Assembly: GCF_001194135.2 (NCBI RefSeq)
Contig: NC_068994.1
Location: 31,690,289 to 31,741,036 of the forward strand
Direction: 5' to 3'
Length of the DNA: 50,748 nucleotides
From: Octopus bimaculoides
Lineage: Eukaryota
Under the pieces are notes generated by a model. It did not search any database. It had not been told where the DNA came from and saw only the letters and a program-made list of their open reading frames with translations. Numbering within the stretch: the first letter of the stretch is position 1; each line of letters starts with the position of its first letter. Below are positions 10,538 through 23,499 of the stretch, one piece after another. The position numbers and the translations under genes are program-made.

Positions 10538-11509
10538 TTATTTTTCTCTTTGCTGGTATAATCTATCAAATAAATAAATAAAAGAGTGAGAGAAAATGGA
10601 TATGAATATTTCACTCTCAAACACAATAGACTGCATGATGGAAGGAAAAAGGTAAGATGGATAAACTGAAAGAAGAGAGAAAGGTATTTAAAATAGTGAC
10701 AGAATTACTTCAGTCAGTAAAACAGTTAGTTATGCTGTAAAATCTATTTTGATTTAATGAATGCAGTTCTTTCTACCACTTGAAACCATTCATTTTTGAG
10801 GTAGAAAAAATTATGTTCCAGAATTCATCAATCAGTAAAACAGTCAATTCTGTTTTTTGTGAGTTTTTTTATTTAAATATTTGTTGCTATATAATAATTG
10901 TTAAGTTAATTTTGAAAAGTAATGAAAATTCTCCTTATCGTGAATAAAAATAATCCCCTAAAACTTATCATTTACCACTTTATTTATGTATAAAGGAGTT
11001 TTGGTTGAAATGTTATGCTAATCTTGTGGACAATATTATTTCAAAAATTTCTTTTCTGACATTCATCATATATATACTACAAACATTACTAACATATAGA
11101 TACATATTCACAAACATGAGAGCTTTTATGCGATTACTTCACCAGTTAGAAATAGCAATCAAGTCTTCAACAAATTCACCAGAAAAAAAACATCATAATG
11201 ATGAAAATAGAAACTTAGCCAGAAATGTTGATTATGGAGAAGTCAACAAAGTAAATGTTAGTATTGTACATTGTAGAGTCTGAGTTTACAGAATTCAAAA
11301 TAAAATATTCTAAAAATAAAACAGTCTTGAAATATCATTTGCTTAGTCTCTGCTGAGAAAGACAACCTTAAATTCCATAAATTACTCAGGTAAAGTCCAA
11401 CAAATATAACATCTATTTGTCTGAAAATGAAAATAGAGTAAATTTAACAACCTCCATAGACTATTTGTATTTAAACTGAATATATTTTATATTATGAAGG
11501 TCACAGAGA

Positions 11510-12770
11510 AAATCATTGTACAATTGATCTGTAACAGAGTACACACAGATGAGGTACAGTTTGTTTTTGTTCTCAGTAGAGGTACGACAGATACAATTTT
11601 TCTAGTGAGGTAAATGTTGGAGAAACACTTGGTTAATAAATTCCTGGCTTTTGTCGATTTGGAGAAAGTATTTGACAGGGTGTTGTGTTCAGTAATTTAG
11701 TGGTCACTGAGGAAACTAAGAGAAGACAAATGGCTTGTGAAGATTGTATAAGCTATGTACAAAGATGCAATAAGTGACATGTAAGTTGATAATGATTATA
11801 GTGATGAATTTAGTGTGATGGAAGGAGTTCATCAAGGTTCAGTCTTCAGTGTATCCTATTCATCAAAGTTCTACAGAACTAAACAGAAGAGTTTAAGACT
11901 GGCTGTCCTTAAAAATTCCTATATACTGATGATCTAGTTCTTATAACTGAATCTATTGGGGAATTTGAGAGGAAATTTCAGGATTAGAAACTACACCTAG
12001 AATCAAGTGACCTCAGGGTAAACTTAGAAAAGATGAGGGTTTTAGTATGTAACAGAGAAGGTGTCATCAGTAAAATAGCCTTATCTGAACTGCAGAAAAG
12101 GAGTAAGTATAAACTCCATACACTGTGTCCAATGTAAGCTATAGACCAAGAGATTGGCTGTAAATATAAGCTTTATATATGCTAGATGCACTGGAGCAGA
12201 ACATACTATAAGTACACCAGAAGCAAATTCTCTTAAATGCCGGATGGCTCATTGGAAGTTGGTAGCTTTTACTAGGAGATGTAATTAGCAAGATGTAATT
12301 TGCAAGGTTGCTTTGAAAGTATAGTGGTGAGAATAAGAGCAGGCCAGAGGAAGTTTAGGGAACTACTACTGCTACCATCAACAAATGTTTCAGAGTGAAG
12401 GGAAGATTGTATGATACTTGTTAGAACTGCAATGCTCCATGTTCGTGAGACATGGACTTTGAATACAGAGTATTTGAGAACACTGGGAAAAAAAAATGAA
12501 GCAGGCATGCTCTGTTGGATGTGCAGTGTAAGTGTGTATGAAAGCCATAGTAGAAATCCGCTGAGAGATAAAATTGGCATAAGAGAAATCAGATGTAGTG
12601 TGCAAGAAAGTGATACATATAGATGAAGACAACTGCAAAAAAGGTGAGCAACTCAGGAAGACATGGGATGAAGTGGCAAAGGCTAATCTCAGAACCTCAT
12701 ACAGGAGATGATAAAGACCAACCAGGATGACTGGCAATATGCAATTTTCAAGAAAACACTGCCTTGGCAA
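11510..12770 (+). mobile_element. RTE-clade LINE relic (reverse transcriptase and C-terminal region)
   Basis: Frameshifted translation gives AFVDLEKVFDRV, GVHQGSV, KTGCP, FLYTDDLVL (YTDD at 11922-11933), VNLEK and VRTAMLHVRETW...NEAGMLCWMC, all RTE-type motifs. Confidence 0.85.
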
Positions 12771-13168
12771 TATTGAGTTCTGGTAGTGCTTTATGTATAT
12801 TTATACACAGCTGGGCTCTTTATCCAATTCATTTCCTCTTCAAGTCATCCCATGACCCATCATCTCTCCATCTGCAGCTCTTTGTTGATACCACTTACTT
12901 TTCTTACTACTCAGAATTGTTTCACTTGTTATCCATCCTTCTTCTATCAATACTTTTCTCTCCACCTACATTTTCATTGAACACCACCCCCACTGAGCCA
13001 TCTAATTATTTTTACTTCCTCTACCACCATACATGTCTCAACTTCCTCATGCACTATGCCTTTCATTCTTTTCTCATCAATAACATAACGACCAGTTGAA
13101 CACTGAAGTTGGTTTAATCAACTTACCCTTTCCCCTAAAATTGCTGCCAAAAGTATGAAACCATTATT

Positions 13169-13352
13169 TGGCACGTAAAAGCACCCACTACACTCTTGGA
13201 GTGGTTGGCGTTAGGAAGGGCATCCAGCTGTAGAAACTCTGCCAAATCAGATTGGAGCCTGGTGTAGCCATCTGGATCACCAGTCCTCAGTCAAATCGTC
13301 CAACCCATGCTAGCATGGAAAGTGTACATTAAACGATGATGATGATGATGAT
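13169..13352 (+). mobile_element. Young RTE-tail element with (GAT)n tail
   Basis: TGGCACGTAAAAGCACCC...GGAAGGGCATCCAGCTGTAGAAAC...CCAACCCATGCTAGCATGGAAAG...(GAT)n. Older copies of the same family at ~17150-17357(+), 23215-23481(+), 31682-31850(-), 37865-37965(-), 44065-44247(+), 45962-46128(+), 46140-46355(+), 48035-48220(+), 48400-48535(-). Confidence 0.85.
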
Positions 13353-13865
13353 TGTGAAGATCACCCCCACCACCTTCTTTTAACAGGGAAGGGCAGGCAA
13401 TTTTTATATGTTTGGTGGCCATGGCTAAAGAAGTTGTATGATGAACAAAAGATTGAAGGGGCTGAAGACAAACTGTTTCCTCTTTGGCCAATCCCTCATC
13501 AACTTCTTAGTCATTTTGTTGAAAGGTGAATGAGAGTGGTGGGAATGGTTCTAGTGATTGGGCCTGCCCTAAGTATATGGCTGTAAATTGGAGATAAGGA
13601 ACTGAGAAAAGACACCTGCCCCAGAAGTCAGGGCACCTGTTGTTGTATGGGGATTTTCCATAAGCAGCCTTGAACGTCTCCCCCCTATTGAGAATTACAC
13701 AGTTTTTTTAGTTTTTTTTTTAATGTTAAACGAGTTTACATGCAAAACCCTCACAGCAATATACATACATGCACATACACACACACATTCACTGTTTTGT
13801 CCTGTGCCACCTATAATGTTTTTCTTGATGTAAGCCCTTTGTTGTCAGTAAAGAATTTTTTTTTC

Positions 13866-16155
13866 TTATTATTATTCCTTCGTAACACAGTGTAGGTAAA
13901 AATGCACCGGAGTCTTTAGTCATCTGTCAAGTCACAACAAGGACCTTAGACAGATAATACTTTCTTTAAGCTGTGTGCTGTGCCCAATAAAGCTGCTTTT
14001 TGCAAGACATCAATCTTGTATGGGATTTCCAGTTGCCTTAAGAAGTCTTGAAGTTTCAATGGGATTGAGCCCAAGACTCCGATCACCACTGGTATCACTT
14101 TTATATTACCCTCTTGCATTCCATACAGTCTTGCCATTTCCACTTTCAATTCGGAGTACTTGGTGATTTTTTCAACCTCCTTACTCACAACATTCATGTC
14201 ATTTGGTATGGCTACATCAATGATCTGACAGTATTTGTCTCTCTTACTCAATATGACAATATCCCGCTGATGGTGTTCGATTACACGATCCATCTGAAAA
14301 TCATAGTCCCAGAGTATCGTTACTTTTCCATCCTCCTGCATGACTTTATTTGGTGCATGCTCATACCATTTCTCTGTTACTTCATATTGGTATTTATGGC
14401 ATAAGAGCCAATGGAGATACACACACATTTTATTGTGGTGGTTCTTGTACTCTTTTTGTGCAAGGCTCTCACATCCATTTACCAAGTGGATCACATTTTC
14501 CACAGCCTTTCCTTCTGCATTTCTGGGTGTCAGAAGTTTTATAGATGTTATACTTCACTGACTTGGTAGCAAACGCCTGGTCTTGTGCAGCAATGATCAA
14601 GCTTTTGGTAGTACGCTTCAAATTACCTCACTCAAGCCATGCCCACGATGCTGTATTATCCTTAGCATCCTGTATATTCCTTTCAAACAGTCCATGCATT
14701 CTCTTTTCAAGGTCTTCTTTTCTCTTCTCCTCAGCTCTTTGGTTAAACTCTTCCTTGCCCATCATTTCATCTGCATTTACACCCATATCTTTTGCAGCAG
14801 GTCTTTATCACTATTTATCAAATACTCGGCAAGCGTTCTCCTTTCACTCCTTATACAATGGTCTATACTAATTAGTCCTCTGCCACCATTCTTTCTTTTC
14901 ATATATAATCTGTTTGTTTGCTTTAGGGATTAGCGCCCCATGCAGCATCATCAACTTTCTCGTCTTTCTATCCAGTATTGATATTTCCTCCTTAGTCCAT
15001 TTGTGGATGGATGCACTATATCTGACCATTGCAACTGCCCAGATAAATTCATTGCGGTAATCAAATTTTTGGCATTCAGGCTGGATTTCAACACCATCTT
15101 CACCCTTTTTTGATACGCCTCACTGACCTTGACTTTCATCAGAAAATTTGTAATGTTGACTTGCATCAGAAAATTTGTGATGTTGTCAGCTACACAAAGC
15201 ATCTGCAGGCATTCAACAATCCAAGAATGAGGCATCATATCATATGCCTTCTTAAAGTCAATCCAAGCCATAGACATGTTTGTATGATGTTTTTTACAAT
15301 GCCCCAAAACTGTTTTATCGATGACCAGGTGATCTTTGGTACTCTGAGAACTCTTCCTACATCCTTTTTGTTCCCTTGGTAGTATTTCTTCCTGTGCCAG
15401 GAAAGTGTACATCTTTACCGCACATATTCCAGTGAGTATCTTCCAGATTATGTTTAGGCATGCTATGGGACGGTAGTTTCCCACAATATTCCCCTTTCTT
15501 CTATCATTCATTATAAGTGTTGTCTTCCCAGTCACCATCCACATGGGGACTGTACCTTTCAGGACACACTCATTCAATTGGGCTGCTAGTCTTTCATGCA
15601 CCATGTGGCATCTCTTCAGCCAAAAGCCATGAATCCCATCTAGTCTGGGGGCTTTCCAGTTGGGCACTTTACCTACTTGTTCTTTCACATCACCCGTTCT
15701 TATGACAATATTCCTTTGTTTCTTTCTTCCTTGTAATTCTGTCTTGATAGTTCCTATCCACATTGCATCCCTTTTATGCACCACATTGTCTCCCCATAAT
15801 CTGCTCCAGAACTCCTTGGCTTGATTTGCATCAGAAGAATCATTATCCCCATTGTCTCCTTGTAACGTTCAGAAGAATTGCATTAGGTTATTTTTGAACA
15901 ATCTGTTCTTCTCGAACTGCTTATTTCTGTTCACAAATCTTCTGATTTTCTGGCTTTTTGCCATAATCCCCTGTTTTAACTGCTCTTATTACTGCATCAA
16001 ACCTGTTCTCCTGTATTTTATATTTCTTCTCTAATTTTTCTCGGTCAGTCTTTATCCCATTTTTCCAGTTTCGTCTTAACTATTGCTCAATTTTTCCTAG
16101 GTTTTGCCTTGCACACATTATGTCCCTTTTCACTATAATTCTTTTGCTCCCCCAT
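13866..16155 (-). mobile_element. 5'-truncated R4/Dong-clade non-LTR retrotransposon (RT + restriction-like endonuclease), internally deleted
   Basis: ORF 14951-15784: WKAPRLDGIHGFWLK, NYRPIACL, EQKGC, WIDFKKAYDMMPHSWI (RT domains 0-3). ORF 13946-14503: degenerate CCHC, HHNK..LHW, ILWD, RDIVI, IIDVAIP, EKITKY, VIPVVIGVLGSIP, LQKAALLGTAH = RLE domain. (TAA)n tail at 13866-13876 and TAA repeats at the 5' junction (16155-16176). Confidence 0.85.
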
Positions 16156-16207
16156 TTATTATTATTATTGTTATTAGGGCATTATTATTGTTGTTGTTGT
16201 TGTTGTT

Positions 16208-16426
16208 AGGGCAGCATGCTGGTAGAATTTTAGAGTATGAGACAAAATCTTTGTGGTATTTCTGCCTACTCATTACATTGTGAGTTCAAATTTCATCAGG
16301 GTGCACCTTGCCTTTCATTCCTTGAAGGACTTGATAAAGTAAGTACCAACTGAGCACTGGGATTCGTGCAACTGACCCACCCCCTGTCCTCAAATTTCAG
16401 GTTTGGTGCCTATAATAGAAAGAATT
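16208..16426 (+). mobile_element. Deu/Nin-domain-like SINE (old copy)
   Basis: Central ACCTTGCCTTTCATTCCTT..GATAAAGTAAGTACCA block resembles the Deu/Nin core (GGTCGACTCAGCCTTTCATCCTTCCGAGGTCGATAAAATGAGTACCAG-like); (TTA)n flanks. Confidence 0.65.
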
Positions 16427-19131
16427 GGTGTTATTATTTTCTGTTTATAGTAAAAGCTTCTGTGAGCTTAGAATGAGCCTATTTTGATTTTCAGTCTTGG
16501 ACATTTCTTCAGCTATGTCACTGACAGTTTTTATGAAATGGATGAATGTTACAACTACTTTTTCATTATAAATAACCTACGAAGACTCTCTCTCTTCATA
16601 TCAGTTTATTATTCAATATCATTATTTATATTTAGCCCCAAGTCAAACCGAAGACAAATAATGTTCCAATGGAGACTATTACATCTTTATGCAAATATTA
16701 GACTTTTTCACCATGTAGAGCACACATCAAACTTAGTGTTTGTACCACAATAAAAGGGGCTATCTGTCGATAAAGGTAGACAGATAAAGAAAGTATTTGT
16801 TCAGCAATTTCTGTACAAAATTTTTATTTCTTTAATTTTTTTCAGCTGCACTGTTAATGTTTATGCATTTTTTGTGTATTACATGTATTATGTATATGTA
16901 TGCATGTATATTTGTGTAAGTACTATGTTCATGTATTTTTTGTGTATATATGTTTATGTATGTGTATGTATATATGTGTATGAATGTGTATACACAAATA
17001 TACATACATATACAGTACTAACAAAAATATACATAAGCGATTCAACTGAAAAAAAAAATTTAAGAAATAAACACTTTTTACTGAAATTGCTGAACAAGTA
17101 CTTTCATAATCCGTCTACCTTTATCGAAAGATAGTCACAAAAAGTACTCATTACACTGTGAAGCAGTTGGTGCGAGAAAAGCATCCGGCTGGAGAGACCA
17201 AATGAAAAATGGTCCCAGTGAGCGAGACCTTGTCTTCTGACTTGTCAACGTTGGGAAGTAACTCTGAATATGAACTGAGTCAGTCCATGACAACTCACCA
17301 AACCCATGTCAGAACGGAAAGCAGACGTGAAGACGTGATGATGATGACGATGATGATTAGTCTAGTTCGAACAATAAATAAATAAATAAATGAATAACAA
17401 TAATCAAATATTTTATGTTAAATCATTGCTGAATTTCTTTTCACTTTATTACAAAACTCCGTGAAATAAAACAAAAATTATATTTATATCAATTCATTAT
17501 CCAGTATCCTTATTTATATTTAGCCCTAAGTGAAACCTAAGACTAACGTCGTTCAATGGGGATCATTCCCTCTTTCTGCACATATAAGACGAAATTATTC
17601 AATGTGTTACTTAGCAGAATGCGATTTAGGGAAGATGTGGCTGCTACTTCTAGCAAGCCAATCGACCACGTAGGTGTCTCCCATTGGTTCGTCCAAACAA
17701 TGTTCAATGAAACAGATGGAAAAAGGAGGAGAGTGAAACGAAGCTTCCTTTTTTTTTTTTTATCTCCTTTTGTGCTACATCCGTCTGTCTGTGTGTCGAA
17801 TTATCTCCCTTTAACGTGTTTACATCCTAAAAAAAAAGTTAAAGGATGGTTGGAAGGAACGGTTAGTATATATAATATATATATATGTCTATATAGATAT
17901 AAGCACATATATTTCATTATATGTAGCTGACACGTATATATTGATATTCATTTATAAAATGTAGGGTAAATGCATGCGAAAGCTACAGTGTAAATAGATG
18001 CATTCTTCTTATAAACTGTATAAATGCATCATATGTACTTGCATGTATGGTGATGGTCTGTTTTGTAGTTGGTTAATTTAAAAACTATCCAAAATCCAAC
18101 AACAAATATGCATTTACTCTAATTCATATTAATTCATTGTGCATGTATTATATTGTGGTCGATGTAAATCACTTTGAGCTTATCTCTTTCTTGTGTCGTC
18201 TCTGTCTGTGTTTATACTTCACACTATATTTCTGTCTAAATCTTTTCTCTTCGCTTGGTTCTTTTCGTCTTTTCTTTTTTCTACCTCGCTGTTCCCTCTC
18301 TCTTTCTCTCTCTCTCACTGTTGGTCTGTATTTGTATCAGACTCTCTCTAAATTGTTATGTGTGCTTGTAAAACAGTTTAGAAAAGACAGAAAGAAAAAA
18401 AAAAAAAAAACCTCATATAACTTCTTCGTAAATTAATATTGCCCCGTCCCGTTCTTCCCCATATATGTATGTTTCTACGGTAACTTATCGAAATTTACCG
18501 TTTCTACACATGTATTGCTACTTACAAAGTCTCTTTTATTACACACACAAACACAGCTAACGAAGTGGGAACTTCTTCACGATCGCCCGATCCGTTAGAA
18601 ATAGCAGCTAAATCTTTCTACTACATCTTATTTTAAATGAACAAAAATAAAATGAAAACAAATCTGGCATTATTAATCCAGCTTTAACACCTTTGATCAT
18701 ATATAACTGCTCAACCAAGGTTGATCTCCGTTTAAACTACAAAACATATAGAACAGCTTCTGTGAAATATATACAGTAACTGTTTATTGTACAGTTCAAC
18801 GGTTGCTTAAAACACCTCCAGAACAACTTGTAAATATTGCTGCACCGTTTAAGCTGTTATTTCACCAAACATTAAACTTATCTCTAATATGTGAGAAAAA
18901 AGATTGTTTCTGTGATGCCACTTAACTTCTCTCTGATTTTTTTAAAAAAATACATATAATTAATCCTACTTGTGTGGATTTTCTAAAATTTTTAGCCAAT
19001 TATGTCACCCAAAATTTGCTAACTTTTACAAAGTTTTTCATATTTTAAAAGTTGTCTTGTCACCGGTAGATAACTTTTACCATCAAATATTGTTAATACA
19101 GCTAGAATTACACCGTGCTGAAAGATATATA

Positions 19132-19166
<35 letters not shown>

Positions 19167-19615
19167 NNNNNNNNNNNNNNNNNNNNNNNNNNNNNNNNNN
19201 NNNNNNNNNNNNNNNNNNNNNNNNNNNNNNNNNNNNNNNNNNNNNNNNNNNNNNNNNNNNNNNNNNNNNNNNNNNNNNNNNNNNNNNNNNNNNNNNNNNN
19301 NNNNNNNNNNNNNNNNNNNNNNNNNNNNNNNNNNNNNNNNNNNNNNNNNNNNNNNNNNNNNNNNNNNNNNNNNNNNNNNNNNNNNNNNNNNNNNNNNNNN
19401 NNNNNNNNNNNNNNNNNNNNNNNNNNNNNNNNNNNNNNNNNNNNNNNNNNNNNNNNNNNNNNNNNNNNNNNNNNNNNNNNNNNNNNNNNNNNNNNNNNNN
19501 NNNNNNNNNNNNNNNNNNNNNNNNNNNNNNNNNNNNNNNNNNNNNNNNNNNNNNNNNNNNNNNNNNNNNNNNNNNNNNNNNNNNNNNNNNNNNNNNNNNN
19601 NNNNNNNNNNNNNNN
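19167..19615. other. Assembly gap (others at 20644-20653, 27222-27533, 28046-28271, 36705-36714, 39356-39365, 40559-40586, 49402-49737)
   Basis: N runs, several bordered by (AT)n. The long X-containing ORFs in the track are artefacts of these gaps. Confidence 0.99.
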
Positions 19616-19646
<31 letters not shown>

Positions 19647-20399
19647 CTATATGTAATATAATGAAATTAACGTCGACGTGTTGTAATAATAGTAATAATT
19701 TGAAAATAGGTTTTAAAATAAACTAAATAGAAACATGAGTAAAAATATCCAGTTCTATAAGCGACATACACCCATGTAAAGTTTCTAGAGAGTAAATACT
19801 AGAATAAATGTAGTGGTGGGTAATCTTGTACTTTAACGTACCGTTTTCACTTTTGCAGACTAGCTTTTTTTTTCCTTCTAATTGTGCAGTGGTTTTTTTC
19901 TTCCTTACAGTTTCGTAAATGAATGATATCAATAATGATAATAAAAACAATGATAATAATAACAATGATTTAGTAATTAGAATTTTAAATAAATTCCCTT
20001 CAGGAAATATTCTTCACGTGTTGCTAGGAGAATTTCATATTTTTCCAAAACTCAATCACCACCAGGCTTATATACATTTTTATATTGTGAAGCAGTAAAT
20101 CCATATAATTAATAAACAATTACAGAACACAGCTGGTGTTTGTAGACATACTGAAAGCCGAAAGTTAGAAGAAAACACCAGCAAAATTAAAAAGTAATAC
20201 ATTACTCATGGAAAATCCCCAGGTAAAAAGAAAACTACGTCTGCAAAAGTGAAGTCTCTACGTTTATAGTTTTAGATAACCTAAACTTATTCTTTCAAAG
20301 CATGCCAAAGTGCTTTTAGATCTAAACGTGCGTTACAGTATATTTAGCTGTGTTGAACCGGCATCGTTTTGAACAAAAAATGCACACACACACACACAC

Positions 20400-20598
20400 A
20401 ACAGTTGTTTTGTCCCATGTCATCTGTAGCGAAGCAGACCATAGATAATCAAGAGTGGCCCACTGCGTGTATTTGTTGGACATTGTATGTCTTGGACTAC
20501 ATTGTCCAACATGTCTCGTTCTTTTCAAAGGCTGTATGGTGGAATTTGATTGAGATTCGCTTGTTATTTCTAGCAGGTCATTTGACCTGCTAGAAATA
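20400..20598. repeat. Unclassified ~200-bp interspersed repeat (GCTGCTATTTCTAGCAG motif family)
   Basis: Same motif order in copies at ~16620-16740, 17510-17690, 18590-18680, 20930-21165, 21930-22095, 28705-28880, 42700-42865. Confidence 0.55.
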
Positions 20599-20653
20599 GA
20601 GGCTAGTGTGTGTTCTCTCTCTCTCTCTCTCTCTCTCTATATANNNNNNNNNN

Positions 20654-20687
<34 letters not shown>

Positions 20688-22335
20688 ATATATATAAATA
20701 AATCTATCTATGTATATATATATATCAAGCTTTTTGTATGTGTAAATGTAATTGAATAGTAACTTTGTAACATTCACATATGCATGTACGTACTTATATA
20801 TACAAATAACTATTTAGTCGTTGCTTAAATAAATCGTTTACGAAAGTATGTCTGCATTATCTGTTTACTAAAAAAGAAAAAGCCATTGATAGCGATAAAG
20901 TAACTATTGTTGTTATTGTTGTTCTAGCATTTCTCTGGGCAGTGTCTTGTCCAGTTACAGGTGAGCTTTGAATGAACAGGGCTATGGTCATAGACATTCC
21001 AGCTCCGACAATCCAAGCTTTATTCAAACGTTAACATTATATCTAGGACTTGCATTATACGACGTGTCTTATTTTTATAATTTTTTTTTCTTTTTCGAGT
21101 GTAAGGAATGATTTGATAGAGATTGAGCTGCTATTTGTAGCAAGTCGATTTACTGTATGCATGAAATCTTATTGCTCTGTGGTAACTGTTGCGGTTTAGA
21201 ATTGTTTTCTCTTTACTATTTTTATTGCATTTATTTTTCTAAGCGTGAGGTTTTATCCCTTATTTGGTTCGATGCTCTCTCACTTGGTACTGGTACTAAA
21301 TAAAGCACCTGGTTAATTTTGAAGTTTATTTAAACTGTTTTGTAGTTTAATTGACGGCATTAGCAACGCCGTCATTATTATTAGAATTCGACTGCAGTTA
21401 TTACAGTCATCATTATTGTTGTGATACAAACGAATGTCACGAATATCCCAGTTTCTCTTAGCCATCTCCACGTTATTTTGCTTATGTTAGCAGTCACCAA
21501 CATTCGTCATGTTGCGACTGCCGCTAGTGTTGACGTTACCTGTCGTCTTTCTCTAGTGTTGATAAACTAGTAAGTAGTACCAGTTTTATACGATTAAATT
21601 AACAGCACTAGTCCTCCGCCATCCAAAATTAATTGTCACCATCTGTCTGTTGAAGTTAGACATCGATATTGTCAGAGTCGGTAGAGTTACCGACAGCTCT
21701 CCTTGCAGTATTTAGTCATGGTATTTGATTTTTACGTTGAGTTGAAATCCCTTCTAGATCCGACTTTGCCTGTCATCCTTCCAGGGGCGATAAAATAAGT
21801 ACCAATTGAATTCTCGGGTAGAACTAATCAACTATATCTATTCCTTACATTTCAGACCTTGCCCCTATATAAGAAACTAATATTTTAAATGCCTTGGGAA
21901 CCAATAAGGAAGCCTTTATGTCGACGCTCGACCATTCTAGAATTAGCAACCAAATTTTCCTCATGTCACACAATATTGTCTTATGGGATACTTTGGATAT
22001 TGTTGTCTGGAAAAAGAAAAGATGGTCATGGTTGGAATGTCTCTGATCAGAGGTTTTGTTCGTTCAGGGTTGATTTTGGACTTGTTACTTTGGATGTCTC
22101 AGTCGAAAAAAAGTTGTAACTTTGTGTTATTTCGGAAATCATCATCATCATCATCATTATGAACATCATTTTTTCAGCTATTTCTTGGGAATTACTGCTG
22201 CCCCATCACATTGCACCTATGTTTCTGAAGTATAGGCAGCATCGTCTTTTAGGGATGAAGAATTCTCTGTGTATGCTCCATCAGTTTTGCTTTGGTTCTG
22301 ATATTATTTCAGTGTTCCATTTGTTGGTCGGAATA

Positions 22336-22657
22336 TCTTGTTTCAGTCATTGGACTGTAGCTATGCTGGGGCACCACCTTGAAGGGTTTAGTCAAACAAA
22401 TCAATCCCAGTATTTATATGTCTGGTACTACCAAACTGCTAAGTAACGTGGACATAAACTAACTAACAACAATTGTCAAGCAATGATGGGGAACAAACAC
22501 ACACATATATACACAACAAGTTTCCATAAAGTTTCCATTCACCAAATTCTTACAGAGCATTAGTTGACCCAGGCCTATTATAGAAGATACCTAAAATGCT
22601 ATACAGTTGGACTGAACCCAGAAACGTGGTTACAAAGCATACTTCTTAACCATGCAA
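22336..22657 (-). mobile_element. CORE-type SINE, same family as 29255-29606
   Basis: Colinear similarity with 29255-29606 along its length. Confidence 0.75.
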
Positions 22658-23499
22658 TATGAGTTGAATAATTGTTGTTTTTACAATAATTAAATAAGTC
22701 CAAAATAGTAATTAATTTTTTTAGCTGAGTAAATTGGGGTCATGATCAATAGACTATAGAGTAGGTAATTTAATATCAGGAATAAGTTCAAATCCTTAGA
22801 CATCTGTAATATTACTGTGTATCAGGGTTCTCCACTGCTTTCCGGATGGAAAGGCAAGTACGTTTTATTCTCATAATAAACAATTGTGTGGAATGCTACA
22901 AATATAACATTACTCCAGCTACAAAAGTTAAACCATGTTGGTCATTATTTCTTTGTAACTTCTGGATTCCCTTTTAGATTTGGCAGTTCCCAGTTGAAGT
23001 ATTGTACATCTTAATTTGCTGTGAGTATTAGCAGGATTCAGTGATATTGGCAATATGGGTATGAGATGTTTTGGCATTGCCTATTTGATGTTACTGGTTC
23101 AATGCTGACTTATTTCACATCAAGCATTTTAATATTTCTCTTGTTCTCAACTTCTTTCTCCCCCCCCCACTATGTGCAAACATGTTCCTCTACATGTATG
23201 TGCCATCATTCTTATACATGACATGTCCAAACCAACACATTGTTTTCTCAAGATCCTAAAACCAACGTACCTCATTAAAAGCATTGGTGTTGGTTCTGGT
23301 GCCATGTAAAAAGCACCCAGTACACTCTGTAAAGCGGTTGGCATTAGGAAGCACATCCAGCCATAGAAACCAAAGCCAAAACAGACTGTGGAACCTGGTG
23401 CAGCCCCTGGCCTTGCCAGTTTCTGTCAAGTTGTCCAACCCATGCCAGCATAGAAAACGGACATTAAATTTTGATGATGACTACATTCAATTCCTCTTA

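Noticed and set aside
11005-11283. 92-aa ORF as a possible host exon
   Set aside because: No recognisable domain and no convincing splice-site pair.
12790-13100. Possible fourth Penelope 3' fragment (SSHPMTHHLSICS-like peptide, CT-rich tail)
   Set aside because: Too degenerate to call by eye.
17630-17690. Opposed CCAAT boxes and a YY1-like AAGATGTGGC that looked like a bidirectional promoter
   Set aside because: The segment is a copy of the GCTGCTATTTCTAGCAG interspersed repeat family, so the motifs are not independent evidence.
18970-19726. Long ORFs spanning N runs (also 27116-28446 and 49323-49835)
   Set aside because: Artefacts of assembly gaps and (AT)n repeats.
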